Shown here piece after piece: positions 24,220 to 36,200 of a DNA stretch of 60,783 nt. The position numbers were made by a program, and so were the translations under genes. Below the pieces are notes generated by a model. The model worked only from the letters and a program-made list of their open reading frames with translations. It searched no databases and was not told where the DNA came from. The stretch covers positions 5,253,214-5,313,996 of the forward strand of contig MU053561.1 in NCBI GenBank assembly GCA_013239625.1, read 5' to 3'. Source of the stretch: Lama guanicoe. Lineage: Eukaryota. How positions within the stretch are numbered: position 1 is the stretch's first letter; each line of letters opens with the position of its first letter.

Positions 24220-27200
24220 NNNNNNNNNNNNNNNNNNNNNNNNNNNNNNNNNNNNNNNNNNNNNNNNNNNNNNNNNNNNNNNNNNNNNNNNNNNNNNNNN
24301 NNNNNNNNNNNNNNNNNNNNNNNNNNNNNNNNNNNNNNNNNNNNNNNNNNNNNNNNNNNNNNNNNNNNNNNNNNNNNNNNNNNNNNNNNNNNNNNNNNNN
24401 NNNNNNNNNNNNNNNNNNNNNNNNNNNNNNNNNNNNNNNNNNNNNNNNNNNNNNNNNNNNNNNNNNNNNNNNNNNNNNNNNNNNNNNNNNNNNNNNNNNN
24501 NNNNNNNNNNNNNNNNNNNNNNNNNNNNNNNNNNNNNNNNNNNNNNNNNNNNNNNNNNNNNNNNNNNNNNNNNNNNNNNNNNNNNNNNNNNNNNNNNNNN
24601 NNNNNNNNNNNNNNNNNNNNNNNNNNNNNNNNNNNNNNNNNNNNNNNNNNNNNNNNNNNNNNNNNNNNNNNNNNNNNNNNNNNNNNNNNNNNNTTTTTTT
24701 TTTTGCCTTTTTCTTTTTAATCTTCTAGCGCCCATCTCTATCTCCTGGCCTTTGACCCCTTCTTCCATCTTCAGAGTGCATCAGTCCAATCACTGCTTCT
24801 GTCATCACATCACCTTCTCTCTGTGGCCAAGTCTCCCTCTGCTTCCTTCTTATAAGGACACTTGTGATTACACTTAGGGCCCACCTGGGTAATTCAGGCT
24901 CTCTCCCCAGCTCAAAATCCTTAATCTGTTCACAGCTGCGAAGTTCTTTTGCCATAGCATATAACAGTCACAGGTTCTAGAGATTAAGACCTGGATATCT
25001 TTGGGAGCCATTATTTAGCCTAGTGCACACTTCAGTCTCATCATGTCCCAGAGTGAAGATACCACCTCCTCACCCAAACCTGGTCCTCTCCTCCAACAGA
25101 AAGAGTAGTTTCTTCATGAGGTTACAAAGGGCAGAACATGGGAGACATCCTTGATACTCGTTTCTCTCCTCTGTCATAACCGATCTTTCTGTAAGTCCAG
25201 GCAATTTTATCTCATGGATATTTTTCAGATTAAAAAAAAAACTTTTTAAAATCAGCTCCACTGCTAATGGCTTAGTCTGTTGTTTCTAACCTAACTGGTC
25301 TCTTGTCTTTCAGAGTCCCTTTGAGAAAACAAAACCAAACCCCAAGCCCCATTCCCCACTAAAAAAACAAAGGCAAATTGGGTAACTTTCCTTTCCTCTT
25401 TACTACTTTAGATCCTTAGTGATTTCCCAAATTCTTAATGTAGTCTTTGAGACTTTCCCTAACCCAGCCACAGCTCATTTCTCCAGTCTCATGTTTATTT
25501 TTCTCTTTTGTTTTCTGTTCAGCATCAGTAGCTTTCTTTTAGACCCTGGAAAGTGTGATGCTTAAAGGATTTTTTTTTCTTTAAACTTGTTTTGTAGATT
25601 TTAATTCACTGTTACTTTGAGGAATAGTTTGTCCCCTGTATCAGGATCCCATGTCCTACAAATGCCAGTCAGAAGATTTGTTATAGTTTATAATTAAATG
25701 CTTGTGTAGTGTCTGCCTCTCTCTACTAGACTGTAAGTTTCCAGGGGCCAAGAATGGGTCTGGTTTGCTGTATCTGTATTTAGGACAGTGTCTGGCATAT
25801 AATACACAGTAAACATTAATTGAGTGGATGATAGCGGCTTTCCTGTACATCCTGTTCTTTATTTAAAGTTATGTGAGTCTACTCTTTTGTGATAAGCTTC
25901 CAAGTATTTGAAGATTATTATGTGTCTCCTTTAATCTTTTCAAGTCAAATACTTTTGAAATATATTTAATTTCATCACTCTTCCTAGAATTTGTATGGTT
26001 TCCAAGTCACTAATCATCTTAATTGTTCTCTTTTGGCTGTGCTCTTGTAATAGACTTTTTTTTAGCCCAGAGCAGGAGATAATAATCCAGGTGTTGTAAT
26101 CTGTGTAATACAGAGTATTGCCTCCCTTAGTATAAAGTGTGCAAGATATAGGCTAAACCACCAATAACAAAGAGCTCTCACATACAGTGGCTAGAACAAA
26201 ATAAGTTTCTCTCTGAGTAACAAGTCTAGAAGTAAGCAGCTCTGTTCGTGATGTCATCTAGGATTCTGCTTTCCTTCTATCTTTAAGTTTTGCCATTTCC
26301 TTTGGTGGTGGTGTCATGTGCATGCTTGAACTTGGCCCAAGGGAGAAAGAGGATGTGGAGAGCCAGCCACTTACTTACAAAGGCATGCTCTAGAAATTGC
26401 GTATGTAACTTATGCTAACATTTTACTGTCCATAACTTAGTCACAGATCATACTTAGCTGCCAAGGAGTCTAGCTCATTGGCTATATGCCCAGGAAGTTC
26501 TGTTACTAAAAAGAAGAGGAGAATAATTATTTTGCTTGTTTGGCATTAGTATCACAATTGGTACACGTTGAATTTCTGGCCGTAAGTGCTTTTCCATCTT
26601 TAAATTTGTGCAGTTAATTATTTAAATACATTGGAAACGTTAGCATTTATTAAATTATTCAATACAAGTGATACATACTGTTAATTAGCTTTATTACTAC
26701 TACCTTTTGGGGAGGGGCAGAGTTTAATGGCTGATTATTTCTAGGCTCAGCAAACATATTCAACAATTTCTCCTCTTCATTTTCTTTCTCTTTCCAAATA
26801 AGAAAGAATGCTTTATATTTATTCATGTCACATATTAATTATCCTATGTGTTTGCATTTTTTTTGTTGTCTTTGAGTGCCATACTATTGAATTTAGTGGT
26901 ATTTGAATTAGGTAAACTTGAAATACCGTGATATAACAGTGTTAATTCAGTCTAACTTTGTGCAAAATTTAAAGTAATGTGAATCCCTTCAAATTAATAA
27001 TCCATTAAGAGTTGTATAATCTCAAAACTAGCAGGCCAAGTAAGTTAACGAAAACTACCACATGGCAGTGTACTTCTACAAGATTGGTCTCTTAAGTGAG
27101 ATTTAAATTGTGACAGGTCTTTAAGAAATTTATCACGTAGCTTGAAAGCCTTTCTTGGAAGGCATTTCTGATAATTGGGAATAGTGGCAGGTGGTATTCG

Positions 27201-30200
27201 GAGGAGACTGATACTTCTTATTAGCCCAGAAAGCATAGTGTTCCTAGAACTGGTGCTGAAGTTAAAGCTGCTGTAGTCATTTTGGGTACTAGGCTTAGAA
27301 AGGCTAGAATACTGCTTAGAAAAGTTCCCTTGCTTCCCCTTCTTTATCTCTATGTCCCATAATCATCCTCTTTCCCAGACTTTCTACACTGGCTTTTTAC
27401 ACGTGATGATCACACAAAGAAATGGAAGGTAATTCATACGAATATATGCAAAGTATTCTGGCCTAGGCAGTTGTTGTTTAAGGATCACCTAAGGAGATTT
27501 TGGGGGAAAGATTTGTAAGGAATTAGGAAATCACTGCTATTTATAACAAGATCTGAGACCTTTTATGGGTTTATGTGTATGTGTGGGATGATGTTAAATT
27601 GTCTGTGGAAAAAAATGGATGATTCTGAAAATCCTGCTGAAGAACTTAATAGTAAAGAACTGTGTACTAGATGTTCATTTATACTTTCTGTTGAGGCAAA
27701 ATAGTAACAATTGATTCTTAAAAACAATTTTTTTGAATGTTTAATAGAGACCCACCTTACAAAAGCATAATTACATGTTAGGCTTTTTCAGTTTAGTCTA
27801 CATCTTAGCTAAAGTAGAATTTGCTAGGTTACTGATCTGAGGTGGAAATCCTAGTTAGAATCCAGTGTTTTTAGTCTAGACATCTGTATACATAGGATCT
27901 GTCTCTACATTTGAGAAACAGTCATTCTGAATTGGGGATAGGAATATTAAGAACATACGTGAGATGATGACCAGAAGAATAGTAAGAAGCTTGCATTGAA
28001 TCATTTGGTAGATTTTGTTTGAATGTTAGGATTCTCTGGGCTACAAATTTGTATAGAATATGCTAAGTTTACTAGAGAGTTGATACAGAGAAAATGTCTC
28101 TGTGCTTGTAGGTGACATTAGACTTCAGAAAAAGGAAAGATTATGAAGGGTGATCAGGCTGGCTTCCAGAAGAAAAGTCTTGAACTGATCTTTGAAAGAT
28201 AAGATTTAGGTTGTCAGAAAAGAGGACATTCTAAGAAGGGCAGATGCAAGAGAAAAATCAGTGCTGACAGAAATAAGTTCGGCATAAGTTGCTTAGAGAA
28301 AATGATTAGGCTGCCTAGGGTGGAGGATCTTACATGGAGGTAATGGGAGATTGGGTTTGCTAACAGTCATCCGGGTATATGGCCTGATGTGAAGGCTTTC
28401 AAGCTAGGGAGTGCAAAGTGAGTATGGAAGATTAATTTGACAATAATACTTTTTTTCTTTCTTGTCCTGCCAGTTTTAATTTGCTTACTGTTTTTTTTCC
28501 CTAATAAAGATCACTTTAAAGTTTTTACAAAGTTCCAAAATCATCATTCTCTGAGAAGTTTAATTATATCTTAATGTTTCCAGTATTTCTTTGAGATGCT
28601 GGGACCATAGACCAACTTGGACTTGAAATTTCTGTTTGTGGCACATATATCAATGTATTTGTCAGTGTGCTAGGGTGCCTTTCTGTAACTATTGACTTTA
28701 TCCAAGGTACTGACCTTGGAGTTCTTAGTATGTAGAAGAAATAGCAACATTGGAAATGATACCTTATCCTAATTCTTATATTACAGTGTACTTCAGTCCT
28801 TTCTCCCCCCTCTTTCGTTTTATCTCAGGTCAACAGGACATACTGCTGTGGCACCTACCGAGCAGGTCCTATGCGGCAGATAAGTCTTGTTGGAGCAGTA
28901 GATGAAGAAGTTGGTGATTATTTTCCAGAGTTCCTTGATATGTTAGAAGAATCACCATTTCTGAAAGTGAGTGTTTTTCAAATTATTAAAGTTCTGATCA
29001 TTACTTAAATGGACACTTTCCATTAAAAAGTTTTAAGCTAATCTTGTCTATTAAAATTAAATTTTCTCCACTGTTTTGAATAGAAATGTTTAGAAAATTA
29101 TTGATATAAAATACTTAACTTCAGTTATTCTTTTTAACATATAAATTACTGTCTAATGAAGCATTTTTTTCTTTATGTACACATATAAACTTCTTAGAGC
29201 TTTCTTTGTTTTTTTGGGGCTTTTTTTTTTATCAGGGTACTGTGGATTGGACCCAGGACCTTGTGCATGCACTCTACCACTGAGCTGTACCCACTTCCCC
29301 CTCTCAGGCTTTCTTTTAGGTGTGAAGGGTTAATTTATAAATAGTTAAAAAAATTTTTTTTGATGGTTATTATGTCTGTTTACTAAATGGAACAAAATCA
29401 TTTAAGTCTCATGCATTTGATTTCTTTGTATAACATTTTCTGTTTTTATATATTCATTGTGCTCTCCAACTTTTTTTAAACTGGTATTTAAACAGAATTA
29501 AAAAAAATCTTAGCAAAAAAAATTTTTTTTAATGTAACTTTTTCATCTGACTTCCAGATGACTTTGCCCTGGGGTACACTTTCCAGCCTTCGACTCCAGT
29601 GTAGGTCCCAGAGTGATGATGGGCCTATCATGTGGGTAAGGCCAGGAGAGCAGATGATCCCTACAGCAGATATGCCAAAGTCACCCTTCAAAAGACGACG
29701 GTAAACATTTACTTTTCTCAAATAATCAAAAAGCACTTTATTTTAGTTGATTGCTTATAGAAATGATTGAGACCTGAGCAGTTTGAAAACCATTTGTCTA
29801 AATTATTTGAAGAGCTATGTTAAGTAAATCTTCTAGTTGTCAGTTCCTTAGTCCAGTTCACTCATTACACAGTTATCAGAGTAAGGAATCCTACCAAAAA
29901 ACAAATTTAATTTTTACTTCTTTTCTTAAAACCTGGATCCTAACTGCCTGCAAGATAAATGCTCAAACTCCTTTGTATGGTTTACAAGGATCTTTCATAA
30001 TCTGGCCCCAACAGTATCTCTTCTAGATTTGTCTGCTTCTAGTCCACTCCAGCCACACTGAATTCTGTTTCTAAACCATGATCTTTCACAACTCTGTGCT
30101 TTTGTGCTGTTCTTTTTACTTGGAATGGCTTCCCCTCCCCTATCTTCCTCTCTACCTGGCAAACTGTTTTAACAAATTTCAAAACTTAAGTTGGACATCA

Positions 30201-33200
30201 TTTCTTTTGTGAAGCTTTTCTTTGTTTCCTTAGACAGTTAGTCGTTCCCTTCTCTGCTTACACATCATTCTGTTCATTAATGATCTATTTACAGTTTTTT
30301 GGTTTTTACTAAAGTTTGCCTTTTTTTGAGGACAGTCTTATTCTTCTCTGTCTTCATGACACATAGCAAGTGATCAGTGTTTACTGAATGAAATCAGTAT
30401 TCTCCTGTAGTAATTCATATTGGGCTAACATATTTTTTTGTTTCAGACAAAATTTATTTTGCTTCAAACAAATGTAGATTAACTTACTCTAGTACTACAA
30501 AAAATCTCATCTAATGAGACTGGAAATGATTTATATTTGCTTAGACTATAGAAACCCCTAAGTGAATTTTAATGGACTGGTCTAGACCTTACCTTAAAGC
30601 TCATAGGAGAGTGATACTAGAACTAAGTATGAAATAATCCTAGCTACTTAAGATAATCATGAAAATACTTTGTAAGAACTATTTATGAATGCAAGGTGGT
30701 GGCATGGTAAAACATGGCAGTAAACCAAAACTTCTGCACATTGCTAGGCTATAGCATTAATTGTACATCATGATTATGAATCTTGATAGTCTTAATTCTT
30801 CAGTATTGTATACCTTTACTCTATAGTCTCCCAAAAGGAAATGACCATTGTTTGTTTCCTGATTATTACAAACTTAAAAAAAAATCAGATAATAGGAAAA
30901 AGTAAAAAGGCAAAAAATACCTATAATCCCACCCATTTAGGCATATTAACCTTTCAAATTTTGGTCCATGTATGCTCATAAATTTTCTTTGTACTTAAAT
31001 GAACTCATTCTTTACATGATGTTTACTTTAAAACTTGGTTTTTTTCCCCCTTAGATTTATGTGTTACATTAAAATGCAGCCATATCATCATTTCTAAATG
31101 ACTATGTAGTTTTGACTGTATGGTTGTATCAAGATTTATTTAACCAATTCTTTATTCATGTAAATTGTTTCCAGTTTTTCAATATAAATGGTATTTTGAC
31201 AAACATGACAGTGATATGCTAGAGCCTGTTTGTACCAGCTCATAGGGCGATTATTAGCCTCACAATTCCACATTGAGTGAGGTCACATTAGTAGCTTGAA
31301 ATTGGCCATGTTGAGAGTATTTATACCACAGAAAGCACCATATGAGCTACAAATCAGCCTTCTACCCTCTAAAGTCAGTTGTTAAACATGTACAACATAT
31401 TGATTATGGCTGACTGACTTAGAGGGCTGGCTGGCTGACTGGTTGATAGGGAGGGAGGTGCATGTGCATGTTTATTTTCTTGGTAGAAAGTACTAAAGGC
31501 TCAAAGTATATACATATTCCTAATTGACTTCCAGGAATGTACCAATTTATACTCTCACCCATATAGTGAGACAGTACCTTTTCCCCCTACCCTTCACTAA
31601 CATTCATTTTAACTTTGTTGATTGAACAAAAATGTGTTATTTTAATTTGCTTTTCTTTTAGGGGTTTGTATTTCTTTTGTGATTCCTTTTTAATTTTTCT
31701 ACTCATATTTCTATTGGGGTGTTTTTAATGTGTAAAAATCCCTGTGTATTATAACTATTACTTTTTTCTTACGTTGCAAGTTTTTCTCATTTTTCTTTTA
31801 GCATAAACTTTAGCTTAAAGGTTTTTCTTTACTCCATTTTTTCCAGTTTCTTTTTTTTTTTTAACTCACAGAAATTTTTATTTATATGTTTTCAGATTGA
31901 TCTTTTCCTCTGAGGTTTCTGTCAGTGGCAGGCTTTGAAAGGCCTTCTCTCATTTAGTATTATGAAATACTTACCTACATTTTCTTCTAGTACATCGGTG
32001 AATTCAGTATTTATATATTTTATCTAGCTAGTATTCCTTTCAGTATGAAGGGAGAGAGTTAGTTTAACATTCTTTTCAAGTAGTTAGGCAGCTGTACCAA
32101 CGTCATTTATTTATTTCTCCACTAACCTGAGGTGCTATTAAATTTTATTTCTATTGGATAAAATATTCTTAGGAGAGGCATTCAAAAGCACTTTGAATTA
32201 GAGTGAATAAAACAGAACTTAAATACTAATGTCATCTTTCTGTGTTAATGAGAATACCCTATTGCTTAAAGTGGTGAAATCAATGTGAAAAGCTGTCTAG
32301 TTATCAAGGGCACTGCTAGTGAAGATGATCTTTAAATTTATGAACTCTAGAGAACTATATGTACAGGGTTTTAAAACAGCAAACAGTACAGTAGGGTTTA
32401 TAATGAAAAATCTGGCCACCTTTGCCTCCAGAGGCAAACACCTTTTTACCAAAGGCAAAAAAACACTTCTGTTTTTTATGCCTGTTTTGTTTTGTTTTGT
32501 TTGTTTTGTTTTAAGGCTTTGACAAGAAATTTGTGAGTTTTTTGGTATAATAGATAGGGATTCCTTCCCTTCATGGGTTCTTCAGATAGTTAACTGACCC
32601 TTACTTTATGCTCTTCATCCCCTTTCTACTTTTGTTAACTGTGCTTTTACATTGTTGAGGTTAATTCAGAGTCTCCTTTAAAAACATAATTAGGTTCTAT
32701 ATGCTTTGTCAATAGGTATGTTCTAAAATTTGAAAACCAGTAAGTGGCATTTTAAATATTATGAGTAGGTAAGTTTACTGCAGTCCAAACTAATAGGCTA
32801 AAATTTGCATTCTAGGGTTCCAGTGGTTTGTTATCACTCAGAGAAATAATACACAAAAAGATCTTTCTTTTCTTTATTTCACCTAGATACGGAAAATTGT
32901 GCCGCATTTTAGTTTGTTTCATATTTGGATTGTGCTGATTTTTACTCTCTTTATTGCTTAAGATACATTACTTTTTTCTAGAATCACACTGACCTTTTCC
33001 TCTATAACTGTGCCTTTGGGTATTGCCTTTTTATATAGCCTTTTTTGGGGGGAGAGTGTTGAGTTACATTGCATTCTTTGCTTTTATCTTAACGAATCCA
33101 GAATTTTAATCATACTGTCTGCTCTAACATGTCACTTTGTACCTGGAAATCTTCTGGAACTCTCTTTTCTTACCTCAGTGTGAAAAGCTTATTTCACAGT

Positions 33201-36200
33201 TCCCTACCTAGGACTTCCCGTTTAGTAGTTTTCTGCTTTAACCTATGGTTGTCTTCCTCGGTTTCTTTCTTTTTCTTGTCTGAGAACATGCTCAAGTTAT
33301 ATTGTAAGAAAAGGTAGATATTGAGTCATATGTCTGGAAATTTTTTTCTGTCATTAAATGTGATAGTTTAGCTGGAGTTCAGAGGATGTATTTCCCCTTA
33401 GAATTTTTAGCACTGCCTTTGTGTCTTCTGGTATCTATTGTTTAAGAGATGTTTTAATGCCAGTGTAATTTTTGTTCTTTTGTAAGTAACCTGCTTTCTT
33501 TTCTTCTCTGAAAGCTTCATTTCACAATGATATTTTTGGGTCTTTATTTGGGTCTTTCATTCTATTTTCATTTTTAAATCCTTTTTGTTTTTTGGTGGGT
33601 CCCTTAAAGATTCATGTCCCCTTTCATTTCTCAGAATTTTTATTGCTTAATTTCTTCAGTAATTTATTTATTTTCTCTATTATTTCTTCCTGAAACTACT
33701 GTTGGTTAAATAATGAACCCAGTTTGATTATCCTCATTTCTTATTTCTTATCCTTTTGCTTTCAGTTTTCTTATTATGTTTCTTATTATCTTTTTGCTTT
33801 CAATTTTGGGATATTTACTTGACTCTTGGCTTATGACAAAATCCTTTAATTTCAGCATTGTTTATTTTGGTCTTTGTCAGGCTGCCATCGGCTGTCTTCA
33901 CACATCTGGTGATTGGTTGACCCATTCAAGTTTAGGAATAAAGCATTGGGCTTACTGGGAGTTCTAGTTGTATTTCAGTGAGGCTTGTCAATAGGTAGGT
34001 TTCACTTTAGAGTTAACAGGCATAGAAGTGGACATTAAAGGATGTTCCAAATACCAGAGGATTATGTTAGTTCTAATCGTATGGTTAAGTTCAGTATGTT
34101 TAGAGAAGAACATGCAGGGTTTTTTTGGCTGCTTGGTATGGTGGCTTGGTTGTCAGGATACTTTTGATTACAAGCAATAAAACTGATTCAGACTGGTTCA
34201 TAAAATAAAATGTTATCCTCTATATATCAAGAAGTTCAGAGAGGCAGACTCTAGGCACCATATAGTCAATGGCTCAGTGCTGTCATAAAGGAACCAGGTT
34301 TTTTCCTCTCTGCTCTGTGATTCTCTGCCTAGGCTTTGTATTTGCAGTGGCTTCCTTTATGGTTGCTGGTTGGCTGTAGCTGTTCTAGGTACCACATCTG
34401 GATCTGATTACATCTGATAGAAGAGACTCTCTCCTTTTACTTCTTTCTTAGGAGCTAGGAAACTTCCCAGAAGTCTTCCTGTATATTCCACATTCATATT
34501 CCAGATTGCCTCTCATACTGCTAGCCAGATTCATGCCCGTTCCTAAATCAGTCACTGGCAAATAAGCTTAGCATAATTTGCCAGAACTTGTCAGGATCTA
34601 CCTCTGGAGCTTGTGAATGAGGTTCCCTATAGGGTAGGAGCAGATACTTAATAAAAATCAGAGTTTTATCAGGGAAATTAAGATGAAGGATAGTTGCTCC
34701 TTGGTCACCCATGAGGCTAAATGCCTGACTGTCCAGATTTCTACCACGAGGTGGCAGGTGACAGGTTTATCTGCAGAATTTCACTTTATTTGGCTCTTTC
34801 TCAGTTTAACTTCATTTCTATCCATTAGCATCATTATACTAGCTTTTTTCTCTTGACTCTTAGGTTTCTCCAAGGTTTGTTGGGCAGGCCTGCTGCCTTT
34901 TTAGCTGCCATTCCCTTCTTATATAGTCTAGGCCTGTGGCTTTCTCTGCTCAGTTTCATTAGTTCAAGACACTTAGTCATTTTTCATCTTCCAAAATGTG
35001 TTGATTTTGTTCATTCACTGATTCATTTCCTTTGTTGCTTCATATTAATTCCTTTACTGTCACCTTTAGATTATTATATTTAGGAGGTTTTGCACACATA
35101 AAAAAAGCAGAAGGTAAATGTAATAAATTCCCTTGTATTCAATATCAACAGTTGTCAATTCACAGCCAATTCTCTTTCATCTGTACACTCATCCACTCCT
35201 CCACTACTCTTCCCTACCCCTGCCACATTAGTTTGAAGCCTTTTACTTTCATTTTAATGTGGAAGGAGATCACGTAGATGCTCAGTTGCCACCTTGAATC
35301 AAGTCTAGTAGAATATTTTGAGAGTTAAAAATGACTCAGGGCCAAGAAACATACAGTCTTGAACTTTGAATTGTATTTTCTGTTGCTTCATAGACAACTA
35401 AATTTTATATATTCACACACTACATTTGAGCCAATCAAAGACAGAGCTTCTGTGTTACCATGGCGTACTGAGAGAAGGTAATCACATTCAGCATTACACT
35501 CTAGTGTGTTAAATGCTAATGATCAAAATCATTGAACCCCTCTCAGCCCTCATTGTTTTTAAAATTTGGTATTTTAGCAGACTTCTTTGCCTTATTGCTG
35601 TTAATGCTTTGTCCCCTTCCTTTACTTCACAACCAAATCAACTACAGATCAATGAATGAAATTAAAAATCTCCAGTACCTACCTCGGACCAGTGAACCCC
35701 GTGAAGTCCTCTTTGAAGATAGGACGAGAGCTCATGCTGATCATGTAGGTCAGGGGTTTGACTGGCAGAGTACGGCTGCTGTTGGGGTTTTGAAAGCTGT
35801 ACAGTTTGGTGAATGGTAAGTTAATAGAACTCAACTGCATGATTGGTTTATATTGTCTTAAGATATGGACTCAGTTTGAAAGGTTGGGGACAATTTTTTT
35901 AAAGTGTGGTAAAATACACATAACATAAAATTAAAATCTTAACTGTTTTTACCTGTGCAGTTCAGTAGTGTTAAGTATATTCACATTGTTGTGAAACAGA
36001 TCTCTAGATCTTTTTCATCTTATAAAACTGTAACTCTGCACCCATTAAACAATAACTCTCTTCTCCCCTTTCCCCCCAGTTCCTGGTAACCATCATTCTA
36101 CTTTGTTTCTATGAATTTGACTACTTTAAATACCTCATAAGTGGAGTCAGTCATTATCTTTTTATAATTGACTTATTTCAGTTAGCATGATATCTTTAAG

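Larger units (their letters stand above)
23535..25835 (+). mobile_element. L2 fragments interrupted by a MaLR LTR
   Basis: TCTTGCTAAGGTCACCAGT, CTAGACTGTAAGTTTCCAGGG...CAGTGTCTGGCATATAAT...TTGAGTGGATGA. Confidence 0.6.

Noticed and set aside
24028..24877. Long ORFs of 200-251 aa
   Set aside because: Artefacts of the N gap and flanking poly-T runs
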